64,000 bases of DNA from a virus, in IMG/VR virus record IMGVR_UViG_3300037246_000990, positions 1 through 64,000 of that record; one strand, 5' to 3'. Shown in pieces: positions 56,523 to 64,000 of this stretch. The notes below the pieces were generated by a model. It saw nothing but the letters and a program-made list of their open reading frames with translations, made no database searches and was not told the origin of the DNA. A program made the position numbers and the translations under genes. The first letter of the stretch is position 1. The number at the start of each line of letters is the position of its first letter.

Positions 56523-57781
56523 GCACGGACTCTTACACAAGACAGCACTATAACAATCACAAAAACCACAAGTCTCAACAGTATCAGGAGGTAGGCCGTA
56601 ACCAAATATATCTCACTGAAGAAGAAGAAATTAAACTGGTCAATGAGTACACGGTAGCACGACAAACACTGCGTAGATACATTCTCTCCAAGAGAAAGTG
56701 CAGACAGTGGTACTTAAATCTATACCGACAGACAAAGGCAGAAGGCCGATCAGTAGCCAAGCTATGTGCTCGCTTCAATACCAGGGTGAAGGGGTTGAGT
56801 ACCCAACTAGAAACAGAGATGGAACGTATCCTTCAGCGCTTAGGGACACACAACCCTGCGGGGCACGAGTGTGCGAACTGGGTCATCTTTGATATGCTAC
56901 CCTCCGAGTACTGCTACTCTGAGATGGTGAAGCTAGTGCCTCGCACCAAAATCCTAGCCCGTATGCAGGCTAAGGTAGCGAAGATAGAGGACACGCTGCT
57001 CCGCTCCATGCTCATGGCAGCACATGAGATAGCAAACAGCAGTTCATCTAACATCTTGAGTGTTGATGAGAATGATGCGGTGCAAGAAGTCCAGATGTAC
57101 TTCCTCGAATCCATACGCAAGTATGATCCTAACTTCCAGACACCTGAAGGGAACCGAGTGAAGCTGTGTACCTACGCCTACAGCAGAGGTGAACGACTGG
57201 TACAGGAATGGATACTGAACAACAGCAGGCTGGTGCGTGTACCTCGGAACAAAATGGGCAGAATACTCACCGTGATTAAAGCGTATGAGCTACTGGAAAA
57301 TGACAATCTCAACCTGTATGCATTGACCAACGAAACGAACAAGATTCAAAAAGAGAAAGGGGCCTTGACAAACAGCAATGTCTTCACAGTTAAAGAGGTA
57401 GACGAACTCATTAAGATACTCATGAGCAACTACATCCACTTGGATCAACCCTTTAACCGTAATAAAAACAACCCCACCACCATAGGTGAGATGCTTAGCA
57501 ACGATGAACCTTGTGTCACAGAATTAATACAAGCACAAGATAAGAAGGAGCAACTGCTTGAGCTACTTCAAGACAATCTAAATAAGATAGAGTACCAGAT
57601 CATATCACTTCGATACTTCCATGACTCAGCGGACAAGGTACCTAAGGCACTGAAAGAGATAGGCCCGCTGCTTGTGTCAGTATACGGTGGTAAGAACTAC
57701 AGCAGAGAAAGCATACGAAAGATTGAGAAAACAGCCTTGGCTAAAATCAAGGCTCTATGGGAGGTCAAACGATTGTGGTAG
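56519..57781 (+). CDS. phage sigma-70 (RpoD-like) factor
   Basis: region 1.2 LTEEEEIKL, region 2 DAVQE...IRKYDP...TYA...SRLVRVP, region 4 LKEIG...SRESIRKIE..AL.KI. Confidence 0.85.
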   Translation: MSTDSYTRQHYNNHKNHKSQQYQEVGRNQIYLTEEEEIKLVNEYTVARQTLRRYILSKRKCRQWYLNLYRQTKAEGRSVAKLCARFNTRVKGLSTQLETEMERILQRLGTHNPAGHECANWVIFDMLPSEYCYSEMVKLVPRTKILARMQAKVAKIEDTLLRSMLMAAHEIANSSSSNILSVDENDAVQEVQMYFLESIRKYDPNFQTPEGNRVKLCTYAYSRGERLVQEWILNNSRLVRVPRNKMGRILTVIKAYELLENDNLNLYALTNETNKIQKEKGALTNSNVFTVKEVDELIKILMSNYIHLDQPFNRNKNNPTTIGEMLSNDEPCVTELIQAQDKKEQLLELLQDNLNKIEYQIISLRYFHDSADKVPKALKEIGPLLVSVYGGKNYSRESIRKIEKTALAKIKALWEVKRLW

Positions 57782-58086
57782 AACTAAACACTTGGATCAT
57801 GGCAGGCCTGCTGGGCTTCGGTGTTGGTGTGATTGTTACTGGTATCGTAGTGATGCTGGTGGTGATCTACAACAACATCAAGGTAGTGACAGAAAAAGTA
57901 AGTGAAGATGACAGCGAAGAAAATGTCTATGGAGGAATACCCTTGTCCGCTTTGCTGGGCGGTGGAGGAGGGAGACCAATCAGCATGGCAGACCTTCAGG
58001 CTATGGCATCGAGAGCAGCACCAGCACCAGCACCAGCACCAGCAACAGAAACCAAGCAAACAGATGGAGGAGGTAACTATCTCTAA
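57757..58086 (+). CDS. membrane protein with AP repeat
   Basis: TM segment; (GCACCA)n repeat near 58018-58044; start uncertain. Confidence 0.55.
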   Translation: MGGQTIVVELNTWIMAGLLGFGVGVIVTGIVVMLVVIYNNIKVVTEKVSEDDSEENVYGGIPLSALLGGGGGRPISMADLQAMASRAAPAPAPAPATETKQTDGGGNYL

Positions 58087-58415
58087 TGCCGTACATAAAA
58101 CAAGAAGATCGTGACACATACGAAGCGTGGCTCGCCGCACTGATAGAGGATCTGACAGAGGTTGACTTTCCCCCTGGGGATGTGACCTACCTGATGTACA
58201 GGATCGTGGGCCACTGGTTCCTACACAAGCCCAGCTATCAGTCGATAGATGAGGTGCGTGGGGCGTTGGTGGGTGTGCTGTCTGAGTTCGACAGGAAGTT
58301 CGCCTTCCCTTATGAGGACAAGAAGATCAAGGAGAACGGTGACATCGCTTGGGAGTTGTCTCAACTAGAGGGAGAACCTGAAGTAGACGACATAGACACA
58401 AGAGGAGGTGCATGA
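58086..58415 (+). CDS. conserved phage hypothetical protein
   Basis: MPYIKQEDR...G...Y...GAL.....EF.R....PYED.KI.ENGD pattern seen in many phages. Confidence 0.7.
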   Translation: MPYIKQEDRDTYEAWLAALIEDLTEVDFPPGDVTYLMYRIVGHWFLHKPSYQSIDEVRGALVGVLSEFDRKFAFPYEDKKIKENGDIAWELSQLEGEPEVDDIDTRGGA

Positions 58416-58654
58416 TGGGTGATACTAACGAGTACGAAGTACCCCCTGGGTACAACCACAAGGCCACGTCAGAGAACTTTGGCGGAGCAGAGAAGGCAGT
58501 GATTTATTATTCAAGCAAGGAGGATAACTACCTAGTAGTACTCCACTCCAAGTTGAACGAGGACATAGATGAGACTGGTGTGTTCCTCAATGCAACACAG
58601 CTTGAGCTGGTTATCCACGCTGGTACAGATGTGTTGCACGACGCAAAGATGTAG
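58412..58654 (+). CDS. hypothetical protein
   Basis: 80 aa, GGAGG RBS. Confidence 0.55.
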   Translation: MMGDTNEYEVPPGYNHKATSENFGGAEKAVIYYSSKEDNYLVVLHSKLNEDIDETGVFLNATQLELVIHAGTDVLHDAKM

Positions 58655-58656
58655 AC

Positions 58657-58998
58657 ATGATTAAACCTTTTCAAAACTATATGGCAGCATACCAGGCTGA
58701 CAGCAAAGCACTCCTTCACGATGGTAACTGGACTATCGAGAAGCTAAGTGAACTAGAAGAAGCACAGGGCTTCAGGTCACATCGGAGTGATTACTTCTCA
58801 TTGCTCAAGCATGTGTGTTATCCCAAGGGGTACGACGGTAAGGTTCCTTACCCAGAAAACGGGAGCAACTGCGTGTATCAAGTGGTGGTGTACCCCGACG
58901 TCAGATCAGATTGCTGGCGTTGCGCGGCAAAGATACCCGAAGGCATGGTAGCGGTGTGGAAGTTTCAGAATTGGGAGCAACTAAAGTATGGAGGCTAA
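58657..58998 (+). CDS. HxC...CxxC family protein
   Basis: GNWTI, KHVC, CWRCAAKIPEGMVAV. Confidence 0.75.
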   Translation: MIKPFQNYMAAYQADSKALLHDGNWTIEKLSELEEAQGFRSHRSDYFSLLKHVCYPKGYDGKVPYPENGSNCVYQVVVYPDVRSDCWRCAAKIPEGMVAVWKFQNWEQLKYGG

Positions 58999-59680
58999 GA
59001 AACGAACAAGGCGGGTACCCAAGCGGTTGAACACACCCTTCCTGAAGCATGGCATAACGGAGATCAACAACGAGATCGAGAAGGCGTACTCCAAGGTGAC
59101 AGGAAAGGACAAGCTATGGCAGACGTATGACAAGATCCAGGTATCAGATGCAGAGGCGTGCTTCCGCCAGTACCGTGGCAAGTGTGTGTTCTGTGACACA
59201 CGCCTCAGCTACCTAGGCAGGGTAACGATGCCCGCAGCACGGCTAATGTTCTACGTACCACTCAAGGTAGGTGGTGAAGCACGGCCCGACAACCTCATCG
59301 TAGTATGCGCTCACTGCAAGCATGAGTACCGAGACACACGCAAGCTGAGGCAGGACATAGTAGGGCTGGATAGCTTTGCTGACTGCTGCGAAGAGTTGTT
59401 CATAGCCATCAAGGAAGGGCACCCCCAAGCTAAGATCAACATGCTTAAGGCACGAATCAACACACGGCTGACCGATGTGGCTACGTGTATGAGGTACGTC
59501 ACCACCCCCGACTGGAGGCCAGTCAAGATGGAGAAGCTGGTTGATGGGAAAAACACAATGGCTGAGGCACTGGAAAGTATGGGTAAGGGAGAGGATACGA
59601 AGGAGGCTATCACGAACAACGTGAAGCAGGCAGTGACAACTAAACAGTACAGGATCATGAGGGAGCCAACCGATGAGTAA
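58988..59680 (+). CDS. degenerate HNH-fold protein
   Basis: CVFC...VPLKVGG....NLIVVCAHC; the catalytic DH position reads FY. Confidence 0.6.
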   Translation: MEAKKRTRRVPKRLNTPFLKHGITEINNEIEKAYSKVTGKDKLWQTYDKIQVSDAEACFRQYRGKCVFCDTRLSYLGRVTMPAARLMFYVPLKVGGEARPDNLIVVCAHCKHEYRDTRKLRQDIVGLDSFADCCEELFIAIKEGHPQAKINMLKARINTRLTDVATCMRYVTTPDWRPVKMEKLVDGKNTMAEALESMGKGEDTKEAITNNVKQAVTTKQYRIMREPTDE

Positions 59681-59712
59681 GTTTGCCATCAACCTCGCAA
59701 GGTGGGCAACAG

Positions 59713-59994
59713 ATGCTGACGCTTGAAAAGATCTTTGAGAAACAGATCAGAACCAACATTATTAAAAGGGAAATCCTGTTTGAAGATGGGCTATGGTGTA
59801 TCTACAAAAGAACACCAGCCGACATTAACAGCACACACAGTCTCATCCATAGATGTAGTATATACGTATGGTCCGCAACCCTAAAAACACTTCCGGTCAG
59901 GTGCCCTGAATGTGAAGAGGCAGCACCTGAAGGGATACTGGGGTTGCTTGAGCTGCAACAGTGGGGAACAAAGGACGGTAAGTATGCTAATTGA
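59713..59994 (+). CDS. HxC...CxxC family protein
   Basis: GLWCI, IHRC, CPECEEAAPEGILGL. Confidence 0.7.
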   Translation: MLTLEKIFEKQIRTNIIKREILFEDGLWCIYKRTPADINSTHSLIHRCSIYVWSATLKTLPVRCPECEEAAPEGILGLLELQQWGTKDGKYAN

Positions 59995-61453
59995 GTTCGA
60001 CAACACCGTAGCTCTAATCAAACCAGAGGATGATGATGAGCTAAAGATGTACGCTCAGGTACGAGATGGGGTCAAGACTATGGCCCCCGGTGCCCGGTAC
60101 ATGAGGCAGCATAAGCTCTGGCTCCAAACGAAAGGGGCAAGAGGGTGGGATGGGCGCACCAGCATCCTCAGTAAGGCACACCCCAGCAACGGCAGTGCCT
60201 TCTTCCCTACGGGGCTGCTGCCCTACATCCACACAAAGCTAGCGGAGCTGGTTGTGTTGCCCTTCACCTTCAATGACCTGAGGCATACGCCACCAGTACC
60301 CAGCTACAACTACACTGTACCACTATTTGACTTCCAAGCCATAGTCTTCCTTGATGCAGTAGACAACAGAGTATTCATGGGAACCACAGCAGGCTATCAC
60401 TGGCCTCAAGGTGTACTTCAGATAGCAACTGGAGGGGGCAAGACAGAGCTAGCTGTAGCTATGTGCCAAGCGATACCTGTACCCACCATGTTCATCGTCC
60501 ATCGTAAGCACCTAGTTACCCAAGCTAAAGCTAGGTTCGCTAAGTATGGTATCACAGCGGGGCAGATAGGTGATGGGGTGTTTGACCCCAACACCTCCGG
60601 CGTGACTATAGCCACAACACAAACACTAGACCGGTTGTTCAAAGAGGGCGACAACGAGAAGATCAAGCAATTCTTAGGAGCAGAGCAGATCTTCTTCGAT
60701 GAGGCCCACCTTGCCGCCAGCAAGATAGCAGTGGGGAACCAACTTGTTTCGGTGTCTCGTCAGTTCCGCAGGGCGTACTACAGGTGGGGCCTAACCGGAA
60801 CCGCCTTTATGAAGGACAAATACAGTAACCAACTCCTTATGGGGTGTACTGGCGATAGGCTTGCTCATATCACCAGCGACCAGCTCATCAAAGCGGGCTA
60901 TCTCACGCCACCTCGGGTAGTGATGATAAATATGCCTGATATCGGCAGGCCAAAGAGTTGGCCTGAAGTATTTGATCACGCCATCGTTCTAAATCTGAAT
61001 CGGAACAAAAGAATCATAGAGGAGTTGGACAAATGCCCAAAGCCTGCGCTGGTGATGTCATCACGATTATCACATGCAAGTATCCTCCGAAGAATGGCGA
61101 TAAATAAAGGGATTTCGGTTCCGTCCGTTCATTGCGGGGCTACGAAAAACAAGGATAGAACCAAAGGGATAACTGACTTGCAATCTGGGAAAATAAATGC
61201 TATAATTGCTACAACAATCTATGACGAGGGTTTGGATATCCCCGAGCTACGTACCCTCATCTTGGCCGGAGGGGGTAAGAGTAAAGTGGCAGCACTTCAG
61301 AAGATTGGCCGAGGCTTGAGGAAAGCAGCAGGGAAACATGAGGTGCTGATCATTGATTTCTGTGATCAGACGGGAGCAATACTAAAACGACACTCGGCTG
61401 CGAGGAAAAAGATATGGGAGGAAGAAAACTTCAATGTTACAGAGGAAGACTAA
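59984..61453 (+). CDS. superfamily 2 DNA helicase (UvsW-like)
   Basis: WDG, ATGGGKT, DEAH, GLTGT, EGLDIP, QKIGRGLR. Confidence 0.92.
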   Translation: MLIEFDNTVALIKPEDDDELKMYAQVRDGVKTMAPGARYMRQHKLWLQTKGARGWDGRTSILSKAHPSNGSAFFPTGLLPYIHTKLAELVVLPFTFNDLRHTPPVPSYNYTVPLFDFQAIVFLDAVDNRVFMGTTAGYHWPQGVLQIATGGGKTELAVAMCQAIPVPTMFIVHRKHLVTQAKARFAKYGITAGQIGDGVFDPNTSGVTIATTQTLDRLFKEGDNEKIKQFLGAEQIFFDEAHLAASKIAVGNQLVSVSRQFRRAYYRWGLTGTAFMKDKYSNQLLMGCTGDRLAHITSDQLIKAGYLTPPRVVMINMPDIGRPKSWPEVFDHAIVLNLNRNKRIIEELDKCPKPALVMSSRLSHASILRRMAINKGISVPSVHCGATKNKDRTKGITDLQSGKINAIIATTIYDEGLDIPELRTLILAGGGKSKVAALQKIGRGLRKAAGKHEVLIIDFCDQTGAILKRHSAARKKIWEEENFNVTEED

Positions 61454-61898
61454 AGACTGGAAGAGATTCTGGAGCAAGGTAAAGAGAGGCCCGAACTGTT
61501 GGGAATGGCAAGCAGGTTGCTGCTCTGATGGTTACGGTAAGTTTTGGTTTGAAGGTCGAAATAGTCTGGCTCATCGTGTGTCGTATGCAACAAGCCAGGG
61601 TATACCAGAAAAGCTGTGTGTCTTACATACCTGCGATAACCCACCATGTGTCCGACCCTCTCACTTGTTCCTAGGGACACAGGCCGATAACGTAGCTGAC
61701 ATGGTAATCAAAAGAAGGCAATCATATAATACCGGCGCTTGTGGTGTCCAACACGGGAACGCAAAGCTCACAGAAGCACAGGTGAAAGCTATCCGCTGCG
61801 ACCCTAGGCTACAGTGTATAATAGCTAAAGATTACAAGGTGAGTCGTTCTACAATAACTTATATTAGGCAACGCAAAACCTGGAAGCACGTCGCATAG
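61434..61898 (+). CDS. HNH homing endonuclease (type B)
   Basis: RFWSKV, AHR, VLHTCDNPPCVRPSHL.LGT..DN, AKLTE. Confidence 0.88.
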   Translation: MLQRKTKDWKRFWSKVKRGPNCWEWQAGCCSDGYGKFWFEGRNSLAHRVSYATSQGIPEKLCVLHTCDNPPCVRPSHLFLGTQADNVADMVIKRRQSYNTGACGVQHGNAKLTEAQVKAIRCDPRLQCIIAKDYKVSRSTITYIRQRKTWKHVA

Positions 61899-61908
61899 GA
61901 ACCCACCA

Positions 61909-62178
61909 ATGGATGCTATAAAGTATGGCCAAGTCATGCTCACAGAAGGTGAGTTCTCCATCAAGGCAGGAATATTTAGTTATTTCATAGTACATGACGT
62001 TTGTGGTACTGGTGTTTATTCTGTAATGAGAGACAGGACCCCAGGGAAACATGATTGGTGCCGACGCTGCTACGACCTCTACGGTAAGAAGATACAATAC
62101 GATGAGAAAATGACAGGAATCGTAGCTCTACTAGATTGGAAAGATGAAGGAGACAGCCGTGACCAATTTGCTGAGTAA
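61909..62178 (+). CDS. HxxC...CxxC family protein (divergent)
   Basis: GEFSI, VHDVC, CRRC...MTGIVALLDW. Confidence 0.6.
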   Translation: MDAIKYGQVMLTEGEFSIKAGIFSYFIVHDVCGTGVYSVMRDRTPGKHDWCRRCYDLYGKKIQYDEKMTGIVALLDWKDEGDSRDQFAE

Positions 62179-62857
62179 CGCAAAGACAAACGCTAAGACA
62201 AAGAAGATGTTGGATGAGTTCGGATACGAAGGGGTCATTCACTACATGGCGCCTGACGTGGTGGCTGACGGAAAACACACAGTATGCCCTCATAGCACGA
62301 TAGGTTGCCGTGAGTCTTGTCTATATACTGCTGGTCGAGGAGCTATGAGAAATGTGCAAGATGCACGCATCCGTAAGACACTGGAGTTCCTCAAGGACAA
62401 GCAAGGGTACGCAGACAAGTTGGTCAAAGAACTGGCCAACCTTGAGACCCGTGCCTTGAAGAAGGGTTACACGCCAGTAGCTCGGCTGAATGGTACGTCA
62501 GACATCCCATGGGAGAACTACATCGACATGGAAGCCCTCCCCAACGTCCGATTCTATGACTACACCAAGGGTTATATGAGGATGCAGAGCTGGCTGCGTG
62601 GGGTGCTACCTTTCAACTATCATCTGACATTCAGCAATGATGAACACACGACGCTTGCAGAGCGGCACTTCATCCTGGCGAAGGGAGGCACCGTGGCCAT
62701 GGTATTCAGGGATAAGATCCCCGACTGCTGGCAGATGTACCCTGTAATTTCAGGTATGACACACGATTTTAGATTCCGTGACAAGACAGGCTGCATCATA
62801 GGGCTACTCGCAAGGGGCCGTGCCAAGCAAGACAGCACAGGGTTTGTGGTGGATTGA
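62144..62857 (+). CDS. GP88-like phage protein
   Basis: VCP....C...CLYTAGRG, RLNGTSDI.WE, FYDYTK, NYHLTFS, D.RF.D. Confidence 0.75.
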   Translation: MKETAVTNLLSNAKTNAKTKKMLDEFGYEGVIHYMAPDVVADGKHTVCPHSTIGCRESCLYTAGRGAMRNVQDARIRKTLEFLKDKQGYADKLVKELANLETRALKKGYTPVARLNGTSDIPWENYIDMEALPNVRFYDYTKGYMRMQSWLRGVLPFNYHLTFSNDEHTTLAERHFILAKGGTVAMVFRDKIPDCWQMYPVISGMTHDFRFRDKTGCIIGLLARGRAKQDSTGFVVD

Positions 62858-63144
62858 TGAGTACGAGCAACGTAGGTACACTAAAGATCCTAGTACCTGA
62901 CATACAAGGGTGGGCAATAGTTAAACACCAGTTCAGCGTGACGGGTACTTCCATCCATGGTGAACATTTAATAGGATGCAAACATGCCTTCGATAGACTG
63001 ATAGCTCGTTGGTGCTGGGAGTGGAGCGATGCTGGTGTAGAGAATACGGACCGCTGTTGGGTGTGTAAAGAACCTGTGCCAGAAGAGATCGTAGCGCTAG
63101 TAGCGATGATGAATTGGGAGAAGATACAACGTGGCAAACCTTAA
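62854..63144 (+). CDS. family variant (CxH...CxxC)
   Basis: QGWAI, GCKH, CWVCKEPVPEEIVAL..MMNW. Confidence 0.7.
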   Translation: MMSTSNVGTLKILVPDIQGWAIVKHQFSVTGTSIHGEHLIGCKHAFDRLIARWCWEWSDAGVENTDRCWVCKEPVPEEIVALVAMMNWEKIQRGKP

Positions 63145-64000
63145 AACATTCAAGAAGTACAAGCCCAAGTACAGGAAGCCGGTGCACAAGACAGACGAAG
63201 AACTGAGAGGCCCCTTCAAGCCTATGAAACCGTTTACTATTCACGACCCTAAGGTACACGTACAGTACCCATCTCTATGCACCCCCAAGATTGACGGGAT
63301 CCGGTGTGTCACGTATCCAAACGGGACACCTATGAGCTACCAACTCAAGCCCATCCCCAACCTCCACATCCGCAAGGTGTTGGAAGAGTACGGGGTAGAG
63401 GGTATGGACGGTGAGCTGTTCATCAGAGGTGCCAAGACATTCGGTGAGTCCTCCGGTCCCATCATGAAGGTAGATGGTGAACCTGACTTCATTTACTACG
63501 TGTTCGATATCTATAACAGCCTTGACTTTTACAACCAGAGAGTGAAGCAGTTGGACAAGCTGCCTAAGCCGAGGCCAGCGTGCATCGAGTTGGTAAAACC
63601 AACCCTTGTCTTTGATGCCGATGGGTTCATGAAGTATTGGAACAAGTGTGTAGACGAGGGGTACGAGGGAGTCATCGCAAGGCAAGGGCATGTGTACCTC
63701 CACGGTCGTAGCACCATGACACACGGTGGTATGGGTAAGTACAAGCATTTCCAAGATGATGAGGCAGAGATCATTGGGTTTGAAGAGATGTGTACTAATA
63801 CGAATCCCAAGAAAACCAATGCTCATGGTAGGTCGGAGAGGTCGAGTGCTAAGGCAGGCAAGGTACCCAACGGCCACCTTGGTAAGTGGTTATGCCGAGA
63901 CCTCAAGACAGGCATCGAGTTCTCCTGCGGTACCATGAAGGGTGTGACGAAGAAGCAACGCAAGGAGTGGTGGAGTAACAGGCAAATCTACATTGGGTAC
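63131..64000 (+). CDS. ATP-dependent DNA ligase, truncated at window end
   Basis: read by hand from GTG 63131: PKIDGIR (motif I), MDGEL, YVFD, GYEGVI, KYK. Confidence 0.9.
   Translation, partial: MANLKTFKKYKPKYRKPVHKTDEELRGPFKPMKPFTIHDPKVHVQYPSLCTPKIDGIRCVTYPNGTPMSYQLKPIPNLHIRKVLEEYGVEGMDGELFIRGAKTFGESSGPIMKVDGEPDFIYYVFDIYNSLDFYNQRVKQLDKLPKPRPACIELVKPTLVFDADGFMKYWNKCVDEGYEGVIARQGHVYLHGRSTMTHGGMGKYKHFQDDEAEIIGFEEMCTNTNPKKTNAHGRSERSSAKAGKVPNGHLGKWLCRDLKTGIEFSCGTMKGVTKKQRKEWWSNRQIYIGY

Noticed and set aside
1-64000. Stop-codon reassignment or introns/inteins
   Set aside because: Portal, terminase, helicase, sigma and ligase read uninterrupted in the standard code at plausible lengths, and TAA, TAG and TGA all serve as stops.

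Overview
This window is a fragment of a large tailed dsDNA phage genome (Caudoviricetes-like). It reads in the standard genetic code, and I see no rRNA, CRISPR array or host housekeeping operon. 1-33.2 kb is mostly minus-strand late/virion genes: portal, a 1383-aa tail fibre, terminase, a probable lysis cassette, and a 14-gene glycosyl/methyl/sulfotransferase cluster directly downstream of the terminase. A plus-strand island with a tyrosine recombinase interrupts this region at 12.7-15.9 kb. 33.3-64 kb is plus strand: a tandem array of ~17 small HxC...CxxC paralogues, a ~630-bp non-coding gap, an early-type region of small genes punctuated by repeated structured elements, then DUF932, MoxR-like AAA+, metallopeptidase-VWA, a divergent sigma-70 factor, SF2 helicase, a GP88-like protein and a truncated ATP-dependent DNA ligase. 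Two tRNA genes (His; degenerate Thr) and five HNH endonucleases are present. The most striking unexplained system is a family of ~29 small putative zinc-binding proteins with conserved framework motifs and hypervariable loops. Other candidates are a covarying repeated hairpin, FY-motif virion proteins near sulfo/glycosyltransferases, and an apparent TerS-TerL fusion. All functional calls come from motif recognition by eye; no searches were run.
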